This document shows, in pieces, positions 38,294 to 50,751 of a stretch of 64,000 nt of DNA. Source of the stretch: Rhodosorus marinus CCMP1338 (lineage: Eukaryota; Plantae; Rhodophyta); assembly GCA_029953675.1 (NCBI GenBank), contig JAMWBK010000013.1, positions 620,001 to 684,000 on the forward strand, written 5' to 3'. Position numbers and translations under genes: made by a program. The notes beneath the pieces are model-generated. The model ran no database searches. It was not told the origin of the DNA and was given only the letters and a program-made list of their open reading frames with translations. Each line of letters begins with the position of its first letter. Position 1 is the first letter of the stretch.

Positions 38294-41200
38294 TCATTCC
38301 AGGTTACTAAACTCGTGGAATCCTGATACAAACTGAGGCCTGAAAGACGCAATGCTTGATGTGTATCTCGGATTCGCAAACCGAAACTCTTCTTCAGGAT
38401 GATTGGCCACCGATCGGACCTGTTCATCTATAAATTCGATGGTTTCCGGCAAAATGTCCTTTCGAGTCATAATTCCAACAACGCGTCCGGTTTTCAACCA
38501 GACACAAATAATATGGCGTTGCCCAGTGCTTCGGAACATCTCTCGAGCCTGAGGGGGAACAGCGTTAAACAGCCGCGATGTTAAAAATGTCCCTATCAAG
38601 AATAACGGATGTCTTCGTTCATCACCCTACCTCCGCAACCGTCGCCTTGTCGCTAATTATCGCCGGATTCCTATCAATGTAAGGTTCAAGGTGTACCTCA
38701 TTTCCGTACAGTTCCTTTGGCACGTTGTCCAGGATCCACGCCTCTCTCGACTTGTACCGCGTATTCGGATACGCGGTGTCATATCGGTTCCTGGGCAGCG
38801 GCTTCCCATACAGGACATCATCCTTGTACTGAGTGGTCAAGTGATAAAGACACGCGACCAAGACCCGTCTCTCTACCATCCCTCTGAACTGCACATTGGA
38901 AAAGTTCATCAATCCCGCGGGTTCAGGGGCCTGCACAATAATCAGCCACGCAAAAAGGGGGAGGAACGGTCAGCTTGAAATCTAGCGATCCGTTCCGGTT
39001 AGGTCCAATGGGGACGTACGACAATTGGAACCCTGGGGAACGCGCCATCTGATGCTAATCCAACTGGTTCAAGATACTTGGCCGTAACTGGGAAGCATCC
39101 ATGCTTGTGCTCCTTCAAAATTCTCACTAGGTCAGACACCTTTGACCTATCGTAGAGAGCGTAAACATTCCGTTCCATAACGTCCCTGTACAAATAAACA
39201 GAGACGCAATAGTAGTGAGAAATGCAAGTCGGAGTTAATCACTGCCAATTATGCGCAGCCTAAATCACCTGCAAAGCACTCGATAGAACAGGTCTGGCTT
39301 CTCGTGTAGTCTCGGCTCGAGAATGGGTATGCCCTTGAGAGCGATATGGAGGTCATAGATCCCAGTATTGAAAAAGTCTCCGGTGAATTTGGCAATGACC
39401 GCAACAAGTATACCTGTTATGATTCCCGTCCCAAACTGTGGCAAGAAAATATGTTTCACAGTCAGAAACTGATGGACCATTGAACCCAACCTGGGCGGTC
39501 TTTTCTTTTACGCAGTCTTGGCTTACCCCGGCGCTCTCAGAAGCGATCAGGACAACCGAAGCCGTCATCCGAGTTGCTCCGGCCAAACCAGCTACGCCAC
39601 CAAGATAAACGTAGGAGCTCATCTCAAAGTCCGCCCTGTCGTCCGGAAATGCGTTGTATGCGAGCAATCCCACGAGTCTCCCAAGCGTGGCTAGGTTTCG
39701 TGGGCAGAAGATCAGACATCAGAGCGGCTCAGTCACAACCAGCACGTAGAGACGGTTGCCGTACTAGTTTGGTTAAGTATCTAGGTGCTCGCTCTTACCT
39801 CCCCACACAAAAGCTGGAATAAACAGGCCCGACGGCACGGCAATCCCGTAGGTAAGAATCGTGAAAAATGTGTAAAAGGCAAGAGCGCTTATCAACAAGT
39901 AAGCGCTGTAAGCGTCCTCATTCTCATTGTGTAGAAGAGCCTAAGCGCCGAAAACAAAGCGAGGACCGTTTCTTCAGGTTAGAAAACTAGGGAGTGAAAA
40001 AAAGTCAGGCTTCCATTCTCAATCGCTCATACTTGAAGCACGACATCCAAAGGATTATAAAGTAGAGCTGCGAACAAGTTGTGGTACCCGTCGGGGCAGC
40101 TGAACTGGGAGAAATCCTTCTTGTACTTCAACGACACAGCGTTCTCATACGCTTCATCCACCAACACGCACTCATTTGTCAAAGCCGTAATCAGAAGCCG
40201 AACTCCATTGGTTAATATATTCACTAACAATGCCTCCAGTAAACGCCGCCATGGCCTGTTCACATATTTGAACCTGTCGTAGGGAGGTGAAAAGTCAGAC
40301 CTTGGAGCTTCTAGACAAAAATGCCGGTGGGCACAGCCTCAAAACTCCTTACCTGAACTGGGTGAGTGGTTTTTGTATAAGCGATAACAGGGCGCCAAAG
40401 AGCCCCCCGCCCAGTCCAATAATAATGAAAAACCCGTAGTCCTTCAAGTAGAAGGAAGAGTTGCTCAGCGGTCCGAAAACGAACCCGACAGCGGATACGT
40501 CAATGTTCAGGTTGCCATGAGAAATCTCCTCCAGGATGGCCCCTACGATACAAGCTAAGATCGTGCCAACAACGGTTGCCCAAGTCATAGTCTGGCTCCA
40601 ATGAGTTGCGGCTTCCTCGAGGACGAAAAGAAGACCTCCGACCGGGGCCTGGAAAGCAACGGCAACCCCCGCCGCAGCCCCTAGAGCAGTAAAATCTCTT
40701 TTCCATGCCTCCGTCCTGAAAAAGTCCCACCTGCGCATGGAAAGCAAGATCACTGTTCTTAGTCCAACTGTTCAACCTGAAAAGTGTTGCTGCGCTTTCT
40801 GATAACTAGCGATGCTTACATTCTGTAAGGCAATCGAGCTCTCAGAATATTGTTTGCTGCCTGCGCTGTGGCATTCCCGATAATTCCTCCACAGTGAATC
40901 ATTGGCCCTTCTCTACCACACACATAGCCACTGGCAATAGATAAGCAAACACCAACGCCCTTGGCGATCATGGTCCTGAACTTTGTAAGACCAGGCAACT
41001 TCACGCCGTTCAAATAAGATTTAATTTCAGGAATACCGCTGCCCGCGGCCAACGGGCTTACGAAGACGACGAGAATGGATGCCCCAGCCGCCATCACAAC
41101 ACCCAACGCGATATAAGCAAAAATACCACCGACAACGTGACCATTCTCTATCAGCACAGTTTGAGCGACTGTGTACAGCCCGATCGTCGCCCAACTCACT

Positions 41201-41814
41201 CCCGCCTCCATAAGCCACCCTATACACCCAACAAGCACGCCTACAATAACAGCTAGCACGAATACTGCGATATACCTATTTAATCAAGTTGAGAGCGAGG
41301 GCGCACAAGGATCAGCACAGGGCAGGATCCGCAGAGAGGGATTTTCTAGCATATCGTCAAGGACTCAACAATTAACGGTCAAGCAAACGTACCGATAAGA
41401 CTCCTCTTTCGAGGTCTGAGGAAAATACTGTTTGAGGTTGGCTGAATTATGCGGCACGTGAAAATTCACAGTATCGAACTTATGAGCTCGAGGATCGAAC
41501 TCGAGCCTGAACTCCATGGAGTACGTATCATCGTCAATATCGTCCTCTTTCGCGGACTTGGAAAAGCTGAATCTTCTTCTCTTGTCCTCGCTGTGCTTTC
41601 GGCTCTCGCCACTCTTCCTCCCAGCCTCAAGACTGTGCTTGCCACTCGCAGTACTATTACGTCTATTTACACCGAAGCCGTACGCTTCTGCAAAAGCAAC
41701 AGCATCCGGTTCATTCATTTCAGGAGGAGGAGCGCCTTCAAACGTCTGGTCACTTAGCCCATTCTCTTTTTTTTCACTAGCCGCTTCTGCAGCGGCTGAC
41801 TTCTCTTCTGACAT
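38294..41814 (-). CDS. CLC chloride channel/Cl-H+ antiporter (CLC-6/7-like) with two CBS domains, multi-exon
   Basis: GSGIPE, GREGP (gating Glu), AAGVAVAFQAPVGGLLFVLEE (proton Glu), GLFIP, TRMT.S, GIYD; CBS motifs HGCFPVT and VVGIMTRKDI; ATG at 41814. Confidence 0.93.
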
Positions 41815-41861
41815 CCTTGGCTGCTGCTTGTTCAACAACAAACCAACTGCTACTGAATACT

Positions 41862-41915
41862 AAATACGAGCAGAATATTAAATACGAGCAGAATATTAAA
41901 TACGCGCAGAATATT
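41862..41915. repeat. 18-bp tandem repeat x3 in the CLC leader
   Basis: AAATACGAGCAGAATATT x2 plus AAATACGCGCAGAATATT, starting 48 nt upstream of the CLC ATG. Confidence 0.95.
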
Positions 41916-43146
41916 AAACACGCAGATCAAACCAAACCCACCAAACCACCAAGCCTTGCAGAGATGCTCTCTCAGCTTCCGTCCTCAAAACTCAAGACCA
42001 ACGCCGCAGCCTTATAGATGGTCACCCCCACGGAACTCACTCTGTCAAAACAAACAAGAAAAAGAAGGCCGTAACTTCAAAACCCATCTTCCCTCAGATC
42101 ATAATAACTCTTGGCCTTTCAACCAGTACTTCGCCAAGGTCCAACCCTCCCCTCTCAACTCCCCAACCTCTGTCTTCTCTCCATATATAAATATTTAGCT
42201 ACAAAAACAGTCGTAGAGTCACATGTCCAACTTCCCCACGTTGGGGTTGACGGCTAGACTCAGCATCGATGTGAAACACACAATTCAATCAACTCCTCCA
42301 ACAAAACGCAATCTGCATTGGGAAACTTTTTTCCAAAACAAAACATAAAAATTAAAATCAATCTTTTGAAAACACTCTCCATTTTTAGGGGCAATCTGTC
42401 ATCCATCAATTCGACGTGAAAAGCGATAGAAAATTAAGTGAGTGGACTAGTTGTAGATCTTTGGTCTAATTGGAGGTATATTTCTCAAAATATCTAAAAC
42501 CAAACAAATCATTTTCTAAAATAAGACACAATCCTCTAGTCTGGGTAGATCATGCCCGGAACGGCAACCATGTCAGGAAACGTTATAAAATTTCAAAAAT
42601 ACAGGGTTCATTTCGAGAAAAAAAGATAATAAACCCAGATATATTCATTTTTCGAAATTCTTTTTTTAGATTGTTGTATCCAATAGGATGTCCTCACCGG
42701 AACTCCCTCTGACATCGCAAGTAACTGGCGCCATCAAAATACCCTCCTTACGAATTTTTTCTATAGTAAATACAAAACGTGGTTTTTTTCTTATAAATCA
42801 CCTTTTCTCTGCATCGATTGAGACATTGTTACCCCCTACACCTAACAGTTGGCATTGCACATACGCATTGATAAAACAATAGGAAAACACGTATCTGGAC
42901 GGCCCAATCAAAACTTCGTTTCCTACACGGGGGAATGAGAATAATCCATAAATCAAAAGAAACTAACTGAAGACAGGCAACGGATCTAAAATATCCGAAA
43001 AACCACTTCTCTGCAGCGAGAGGATAGTAGTAATATCTTTGTGTGGGGCATTGTAGGCGATAAACTATTTGAATATAAACAAAAACGGGACATATCTATG
43101 TATTTTTATAGTATTAACTTTGTGTTAAAGTGATGAGACCAACACT

Positions 43147-43306
43147 TGGCGATGTGGAGGCTTGACCGCCATTGGGTGAGCAACCTCGCATCCATGTGGG
43201 CTTTGTGACGAGCTCGAGGGCGAGCTGGCGATGTGGAGGCTTGACCGCCATTGGGTGAGCAACCTCGCATCCGTGTGGGCTTTGTGACGAGCTCGAGGGC
43301 GAGCTG
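43147..43306. repeat. 79-bp tandem duplication (2 copies, 1 mismatch)
   Basis: TGGCGATGTGGAGGCTTGACC...GAGCTCGAGGGCGAGC at 43147 and 43226; the copies differ only at CATCC(A/G)TGTG. Confidence 0.95.
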
Positions 43307-43938
43307 CCCGCTTCCGCGATCGCGCAACCCAACTTGAGGCTAGCGTGCAAGGGCTTTTGACTGAGTGTTCTTAGATGCGGAAGCGCGGTGGTTCAGTTTG
43401 TGCAAAGGTGCTAGTCCTCCTCCCTGTACAATACAAGGAGAGGGCTCGACTCCTCAGCCGTACTCCTGCAAACGTGCAGCAACGGCGAGCATCCCATAAG
43501 CATATGTTTTCAAAGAAATTGCCAAGCCTTCACGAGGATGAGGATGAGTTTCTCGCCAGTGGATGAACCGGCGAACTGGAGAAATCAATGAAACTATGAA
43601 TGAGCTATCGATGCTCAACTGACGGATAGACATGTATCCTTCGCTAACCACCGTGTCTGATAATCCTCTACAGCACAACAATTTTCTTATCGTTGTCCGA
43701 ACATAGAAAACGCATCTCGCTAAGAGTTGACGCAGTGCCGGGGTTGATACTCCTCAACCAGCCCCCCACGAATTCGCTCCTTCGCTGAAAAGCTTCTTAG
43801 TTCTTATATCTCCAATGCCAATTGACCCTCTCTCACGAAGATAACCGAACTTCGCGCCGAATCCCTTCACACTCAGCGTCCAGCCGAAGAGCAAGAATGG
43901 AGACCGAGAAACAAAGGTATTTACAAAAGGAAAAGAAA

Positions 43939-44043
43939 AAACGTAATCCGGCTCAGTCTAACTGAGGATAACAAACGTAATCCGGCTCAGTCAAACTGAG
44001 GATAACAAACGTAATCCGGCTCAGTCAAACTGAGGATAACAAA
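43939..44043. repeat. 34-bp tandem repeat x3 with an internal hairpin
   Basis: AAACGTAATCCGGCTCAGTC(T/A)AACTGAGGATAAC at 43939, 43973 and 44007; CTCAGT/ACTGAG stem. Confidence 0.95.
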
Positions 44044-45263
44044 AATATTGGTTAACCACCAGTGGAAATATAGGGAAACCAGGCGAAAATCCCTATCACC
44101 TGTATACAGATGAAGGTGCTTCGTACCCGATCATCCCATCAACAGAGATTGGACTGACTGCCGAGCGGTGGTCCTCGCTCATAGTCAAGTCCGAGCTCGC
44201 TTTTTTCATACCTGGCAATCTGTAAAATTGTCTCAACATTGCAAAAGAGATAAACCAAACTCAAGGGGTACGTGGAACATCAAGTGCTAACGCGTCAAGA
44301 TCAGCAGCTGACAGTCTGTGAAACGTATTGTATAAGCATCGAACCTATGGTCCTTAGAAACGGAGCCGGAGGAGGGAGGGGGGGTTGGAGCAATCGTGCT
44401 AAGGTCTAGCTGAGGAGTTCTGGAAGGGTGTTGGAGATATCCGAACAGATTTTCTCAATAAGGGTTTTCCTATAAGCGGCAATTGCGACCGATATATGTT
44501 TATCATAACTGAACTAGAAATAGAAAAGGGTTTGTCCGCCAACGGATCCCGATCGACGCCGAGATTCTTCAATCGAAGACGATTATTGATTGGACTTCAA
44601 TCTTCTTCTTCGGAATGCTGGGGGCCTCCAAACACTCCAAAAAACGATTAGATTCTTTCAAGACAGCCTGTCTAAGCATTTAATACGTTATCAGCTCGTC
44701 AGAACGAGAAGCAATCATGATTCAATAGCTGGACCTGAGATGATTGATTATTCCGCCAACGTTGATTGAATACAAACGTATTATCCGGCCAGCAATGGGT
44801 ACTTTAGAATAGCGTTTCAATCAGCTGCCCCCCCAATTTTCTACATCTATTCAAGAATCTATCAGCGATAGTTTTTTTTGATTGGACGGAAGGTATGTTG
44901 GTCGGAAGATTTATGACTAACCCTTCAAGAATCTATTACGCGCTTCCAAATTCAACTCTGGTACCTCCAGTCCTTAGCACACACACCCGCACGCCACTCA
45001 AAGTGGCACGTCCAGTCTTTTTGTTTTACCCCCCAACCCAACTGCAGCACTGTTGGAATTCATTAAGCAGCAAAATCGGTTGGGTCGTCCCTTCCCGACC
45101 AGTCCGTTACTGGAGATACGAATTTTTGCTTAGAGAGCGCGGACGGATAGGGCTTTAAAAGGTATGCTCTGGTCGTGGGGAGATGCTTCTGGCATCGAGA
45201 GAAGGACGATGCGCATGAGAGATAGGAGGTTGAAATAGTTGGTTTCATTTTTTATTTTTTTAC

Positions 45264-47249
45264 ATGGAAAAGCTACCGAAGGGATTATCAATTATAAGTC
45301 AGCAGTCTCGGTTTCACGTGACTGACCACGCGGCGAATGCGACCACAGACATTGATATAAAAGACATCAACGCGAGTTTCGGGACGAAGGAGATCTTCGA
45401 GGATGCGAATCTGAAGCTGTTTCATGGTGTTCGGTATGGACTTATCGGTCGGAATGGTGTTGGTAAATCGCTCCTGCTGAAGAGTATTGCGTACAGATGG
45501 CTTCCTGGTGTTCCAGCAGCCACGAGCATCTTCTATGTGGATCAGCTGGAACGTGAGGAGCAGGAGAACAGCAAAATATTGGACCTAGTCCTTAGTCAGA
45601 ATCAAGAAGCGTGGAGGAACTGGCGGCAGATCGAATTGCTGAGTACAGCTTTGGAAACTGATGATGAAGAAACCATGCGTGAGGCACTGCACAAACTCCG
45701 ACTAGATGATTGCGAGCGAGAATTGGAGGAGCTGAAGATGGTAGAAGCAAGAACCAGCGGCGCGAGAGGACTTGATGCTCGAAAATCTGTCCTTAGGAAG
45801 AGCAAGGATTTGCGAACAATGAACGAGACAGGAGCCGACAAGCAAGAGTCGGTTCAAGTCTCAATCCAGCAACGGCTGCAGGAGTTATATGACAGCTCGG
45901 AGGACCGGACTGCACTGACAACGAAAGCTGAGCAGGCGTTATTCTCTCTTGGGTTCTCAGAAGAACACTTGGCGCTCCCTTTGAGGCAACTGTCTGGCGG
46001 CTGGCGTATACGAGTCGCACTCGCGATGGCGAAGTATATCGAACCGCAGGTCCTTCTGCTAGACGAGCCTACTAACCACTTGGACATATCTGGTATCATT
46101 TGGCTAAAGAAGTACTTCTCCAAACTGGATGGCGTGACGATGGTGATCATATCACACGATCGTGCGTTCCTTAACGAGACCGTCGATGAACTCATAATCA
46201 TTCAGAACAAAAGCTTCCTCACACATCCTGGCAACTACGACTCGTACGTGCAGAATACGGAGGAGCAGATGCTTCACCGGCAGAGGCAGAGAGATGCGCT
46301 GCAGAAGAAACGAGATCACGTCGAAGACAGTATTCGGAATGGTTTGAGCCAAGGAAAGAAGAAGGGCGACGACAAAAAACTACAACAAGTCGCCTCTAGA
46401 AGGAAGAAGCTCAACGAACGCTGGGGATTGGAGAGAAACGAGGCTGGTCACAGGCTCAAGATCAACCGTGACCTTCCAGGTTATCACTACACTAGTCGTG
46501 AGGACGTCCAAGAGGAATATATCGACCCACCTATTCAGTGGAAGCTTCCACAGCCCGTCACGCTTCGTTCGCCTGGGCCTATCTTCCAGGTTGATGACGT
46601 TTGGTTCAGGTACGATACCCCCGTGGCGACGAAGCCGCGGTGGATTCTGCGGGGAGTTAACATGCAAGTGCAGCAAGGCGATCGGATTGCACTAATCGGG
46701 CCCAACGGGCAGGGAAAATCGACGATGATGGGGATCCTTGCTGGATCATTGAAGCCAATGAAGGGGCAAGTGAGGATGCACCCTCACGTCACCGTATCCT
46801 ACTTTGAACAGCATTTTGTGGACAATACGAGAGCGCTGTCTGTTTCCATGTCGGAGTACATTCATGATAAGTACCCGACCATGAGTCAGCAGGATATTTA
46901 CTCGGCTCTGGGGTCTTTCAACCTAGCTGGAGCTGTTCATCAGCCGCTTTCGTCCTTGTCTGGAGGTCAGTCAGTTCGTTTTGCGTTCGCTCTGATGGCG
47001 CTTGACAGGCCTCACGCGTTGCTTCTCGACGAGCCGACCAACCACCTGGACCTCGATGCGTCGGAAGCTCTTCGTGAATGTCTCATGGAATTTGAAGGAG
47101 CAGTCATCTTCATCTCTCATGACATCTACTTCATCGGGTCCACAGAATGCAAGCACGTGTACCTCGTGAACAAGACAAAGATCGAAGATATTGAATCTGT
47201 GGATAGCTATAAGCCTCCGTCTGAGAGCCTCAAGCTGAGCTGGGAGTGA
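45264..47249 (+). CDS. ABC-F family ATPase (two NBDs, no membrane domain), intronless, 661 aa
   Basis: GRNGVGKS / LSGGW / LLLDEPTNHLD / IISHDR and GPNGQGKS / LSGGQ / LLLDEPTNHLD / ISHD, with a charged inter-NBD linker. Confidence 0.95.
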   Translation: MEKLPKGLSIISQQSRFHVTDHAANATTDIDIKDINASFGTKEIFEDANLKLFHGVRYGLIGRNGVGKSLLLKSIAYRWLPGVPAATSIFYVDQLEREEQENSKILDLVLSQNQEAWRNWRQIELLSTALETDDEETMREALHKLRLDDCERELEELKMVEARTSGARGLDARKSVLRKSKDLRTMNETGADKQESVQVSIQQRLQELYDSSEDRTALTTKAEQALFSLGFSEEHLALPLRQLSGGWRIRVALAMAKYIEPQVLLLDEPTNHLDISGIIWLKKYFSKLDGVTMVIISHDRAFLNETVDELIIIQNKSFLTHPGNYDSYVQNTEEQMLHRQRQRDALQKKRDHVEDSIRNGLSQGKKKGDDKKLQQVASRRKKLNERWGLERNEAGHRLKINRDLPGYHYTSREDVQEEYIDPPIQWKLPQPVTLRSPGPIFQVDDVWFRYDTPVATKPRWILRGVNMQVQQGDRIALIGPNGQGKSTMMGILAGSLKPMKGQVRMHPHVTVSYFEQHFVDNTRALSVSMSEYIHDKYPTMSQQDIYSALGSFNLAGAVHQPLSSLSGGQSVRFAFALMALDRPHALLLDEPTNHLDLDASEALRECLMEFEGAVIFISHDIYFIGSTECKHVYLVNKTKIEDIESVDSYKPPSESLKLSWE

Positions 47250-48194
47250 GGATCGCTGCCCCACAGTGGGGGCAGGTTCACGCCGGCAATCGTGTATTCT
47301 TTCAACGCGACTGATTGAGTCAGGTTTTTTTTTGTAAAGAGCATAACTTATTTCGGTTCCAGAGCTGGAAACAGTCTTCGCTGAGCCTCGTTTAGCACAA
47401 TCGGCTCAACCACCATTTTCATCGCGAAACAGCGTTTCTAGTCACTGCGCCCATTCACACACGAGCCGTTGAATTAGGAGTGACTGGGCCGATCTTCAGC
47501 TCACTCGGAGGCACTCTCGAGGCCTCCCCCACCTCCAGAACAGCACAAAAGACTCCTTTTTCTTAGACGGTTCGAAGTCGAGCCTTCACCTCGCTCTCCG
47601 ACGTGTTAATAGACGTGCGCTGACTGATATGTAAGCGGACTCACTAAACGAAGCAAACCGCAAATTAGCTTTTGGCGTTTATTCCGCGTGGAAAAAGTGG
47701 AAGTTCTGCTCGTTCTACAATACATCCTTGAAACAAAAGCTGAAGATAGGAGCAGCACTGAGGACGCTTTCTTGCGTTCCCTCAAGATCTCAACACGTCC
47801 GATGAGAGAGTTGGCTCTCCCGCAGGTATCGTCGGCGTGGTCGCAGTATTAGGTAGGCTTTAGATTGGTGGCGGCTACTCCCTCCCTCGTAAAATCGGTC
47901 CGTAGATGAAATTGTTGTCTAAGCCCTGGGCAACTGCTTCTCTCGTCTTCTTCGTTGACGAGTTGTGAACGCTTGGGGAACAAGACGACGAGGACGGGCT
48001 GTGGCCTGGCGTGGAAGTTTAAGCGTCGTGTCGAGAGGTCTTTAAGTCTTCGCGTACGATTTGGGATTGCGTGGAGGGGATCATAGCGAAAGACGGAAGC
48101 AAGTAGACCGGAGGAGAGGAAAGTTAGCTGTCGTTTTTGGGGTTGATTCGAAATTAGAAGAGGCAGTGAGGATTCTTTCGTTTAGGACAAGACC

Positions 48195-48935
48195 ATGGGC
48201 GATTTGCTTGTTTTTGTGGACGTGTTTGAGTTGAGGGAGTTGGATATGGTCCCTGGGAAGGATGGGAAGAAGGTGAAATCGAAAAAGTTTGATAAGGGTA
48301 TGTTTTTTGGGGTTTTTTTGGTTCTTCTTTATGGCCTGCGCGTGTGGGAGTGGTGTAGCTCGACTTTTCCTCGGACTGATGATAAGATGTTGCTGGTTTT
48401 TTGTTGTTGGCGTTGGTAGTTTCAAGGTTGTTGGCTCAAAGTGAGAGTTACGATACTGAGGTGATTCTGGACTTCAACAGTCAGATTCTTCCATTATACG
48501 AGGGGGAAAAATTTGAGCTTGCGTTGTCTAGGTCACTTTATCGGGATAGGGATCACCAAGGAGAACTTGAAGCAACCGGGGATGTTGCATATTTCACGCC
48601 TAAGGAAGGTGACTCTCATCTCGATGATTACGATTACGTCATGCACGGCAAGATCTTCAAATATGCCGCAGAGAACGGGAAGGCGTGAGCCGAAATGCGT
48701 GAAACCAGAGCTCTCGCCCACGATCGCTGTGGAGCTGAACCACTTATCTCTCTTCCCTTTCAGAATTGTGTATATTTCATATGGAGGCTTGCTCATGGCG
48801 CTGAAAGGCGAACCACGAACGCTTCGGTCAAACACTTTCAAGGTCGGCGACAATCTCTATTTGCTGCTGAAAAAGTTTTCTACCCAATCTGCATTGCAAG
48901 GCAGCGAAGGAGAACAACCCCAACGCGCGCGATAA
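48195..48935 (+). CDS. RPB8: RNA polymerase I/II/III shared subunit RPB8 (RPABC3), 3 exons
   Basis: KKFDKVSRL.A.SE, LD.NSQI.PL..GEKF.LAL, DDYDYVMHGKIFKY, VYISYGGLLM.LKG, YLLLKK. Confidence 0.94.
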
Positions 48936-49423
48936 GTTTTGAAATTTTTTTTTACTGATTGCCTTGCAACGATGGGCTCTGCATCTGTGTCGATGGGAAG
49001 CCTGTTCGTCCCAGAGATCACATATCGAACTGGAACCCGCCCCTCCTGATCACATATTATAAGACGCATACAGAGCTCCGCCCAATTGAGGATATCAAAC
49101 TCGGTAGTCTCGAATGCTACGCTGGGCTGGATCCAGGTCTCGTTGAATCTGAACCAAAGCGCTCAACCCCGGATGGAACTTGAATGAAATCTTTTAACCT
49201 TTTTCTTTCCTGTAAGAAAACAAAAAGAAGGAAAAGATTCGAGTCCCGTCCCTTCGTGGTTACTAATCAACAAACTATTCTTTTCGCGACTATCTTCAGC
49301 CAAGCTGTTGGATCCCCGCTGCTGTTCTCCGATTGTCTAGTCGGACCGGAATATTAAAAAAGCCAATCGCAAGCCCGCAAGACTGCATCCCCTCCGTTGG
49401 GGTTGTAAATCAACTACCTACTA

Positions 49424-50751
49424 CTACTGTCCACGTTTTGCTATTTGCAAGACGACCACAGTGACGTCGTCGTGGGTCGCGCCAGAGACAAATCTATTCG
49501 ACACAAAGTTATCTCGTTCCTCGAGGTCAGCATATGCAGTTCCCAGATAGGCCAGCGTAGAGCTCTGCCGTTTCGGGTCATCCCATTCTCGAGTTACGAA
49601 GCCTTCAATTTGTTGCGGACGAAGGTAAGAAAGGACCTGCTCATGCATCAACAAATGATGTCAGAGGTTGGACCTGCTGAACAGTGCTCCTCGCTCAAAG
49701 TAGCCGCGCTCGTTCGCGCTCTTTCGTACCTGGCAATCTGTAACATTGTCCCAAAGTCCGTCTGTCGCGAGGACAATCAGGTCTTCCTCCTCCACGTCAA
49801 TCACTGCCGACATCGCAACCAGGGGGTTTGGCGGTGACATTTGATCAGCTAACGAGCTCTCCAACGAATCCACCGCAGACGGCAAACTGCTGTACACTAT
49901 CTTGTCGCCTCGAAGCACGATGAAACCTATTTCCAAGCAGTTCACGACGATATTGTTAGGGTCCTCAGAAATTTGGGGCCGCTCACGACCCGAAGCAAAG
50001 GACTTTTGCGACTCAAACAACCCACCTGATGAACCGACCCAAGCGGCTCGAAGTTTCTGGTCCTCTAGGGACAGAATACAGGTCGACGCGAACTTGGGGA
50101 AGGTTAACAGTGAGAGCGCGTTCTCTATATACTTCGATATAGAAGTCCATCGAGATTCTGGAGGACTGAATAATACTTTTCGGACAACGTTGTCCAGCAG
50201 AGTCCTGTTCTCGTATCTTATCCTAGTTGCGAGTACATCACCATACGTTGTCGACAAATCGTGTGCACCAGTGTCTGCGACACCCGCAAATCTGGATATG
50301 CGGGCGATAGGTCACCCAGAGTCAGGAACAGCAATCAACGAACGGAAAGAACTCGACGAGTATGACATTTCCATCCATCACTAAAGCACTTACCCTTCGT
50401 CCTGCAGAATGAAGCTTGAATCGGTGCCGTCCGCGACTCCATCTGCCTGAATGTGAGTACTCGAGCCGCGAAATCTATACTCTCGCTGACGAATCAGGGT
50501 TTGCAAAACTCCAGCACTAATGCACCCCACGGCACAAAAAAAAAACACAAAAACAGGCAAAAACGGTCATCAGCATCCGCAAACAACCATGCCCCTCAAA
50601 ACTCCTGAGACACAGGGGCAACAGATCACGCCGGGAAATCGTACCTTGGACATCTGTCAATCCTGGACATCAACACCCGCCCACGGGTCCTGCACCTCAC
50701 TCCACCCCGTCCCACCAACCCCACCCCCTCAACAAAACCCACACCCTCCAT
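49424..50751 (-). CDS. PP2C-family (PTC7/PBCP-like) phosphatase homolog, plastid-targeted, with degenerate motifs
   Basis: Transit-like MEGVGFVEGVGLVG...RVLM; GVAD; STCIL; GFIVLRG; DLIVLATDGLWDNV; DDVTVVVL. The upstream exons are inferred. Confidence 0.7.

Noticed and set aside
43939-44043. CRISPR array (34-bp palindromic repeats)
   Set aside because: The repeats abut with no unique spacers, no cas genes are present, and the context is a eukaryotic nuclear genome.
48880-48935. C-terminal extension on RPB8 (FSTQSALQGSEGEQPQRAR)
   Set aside because: Short low-complexity tail that could be an unrecognised splice or lineage drift; too little to claim.
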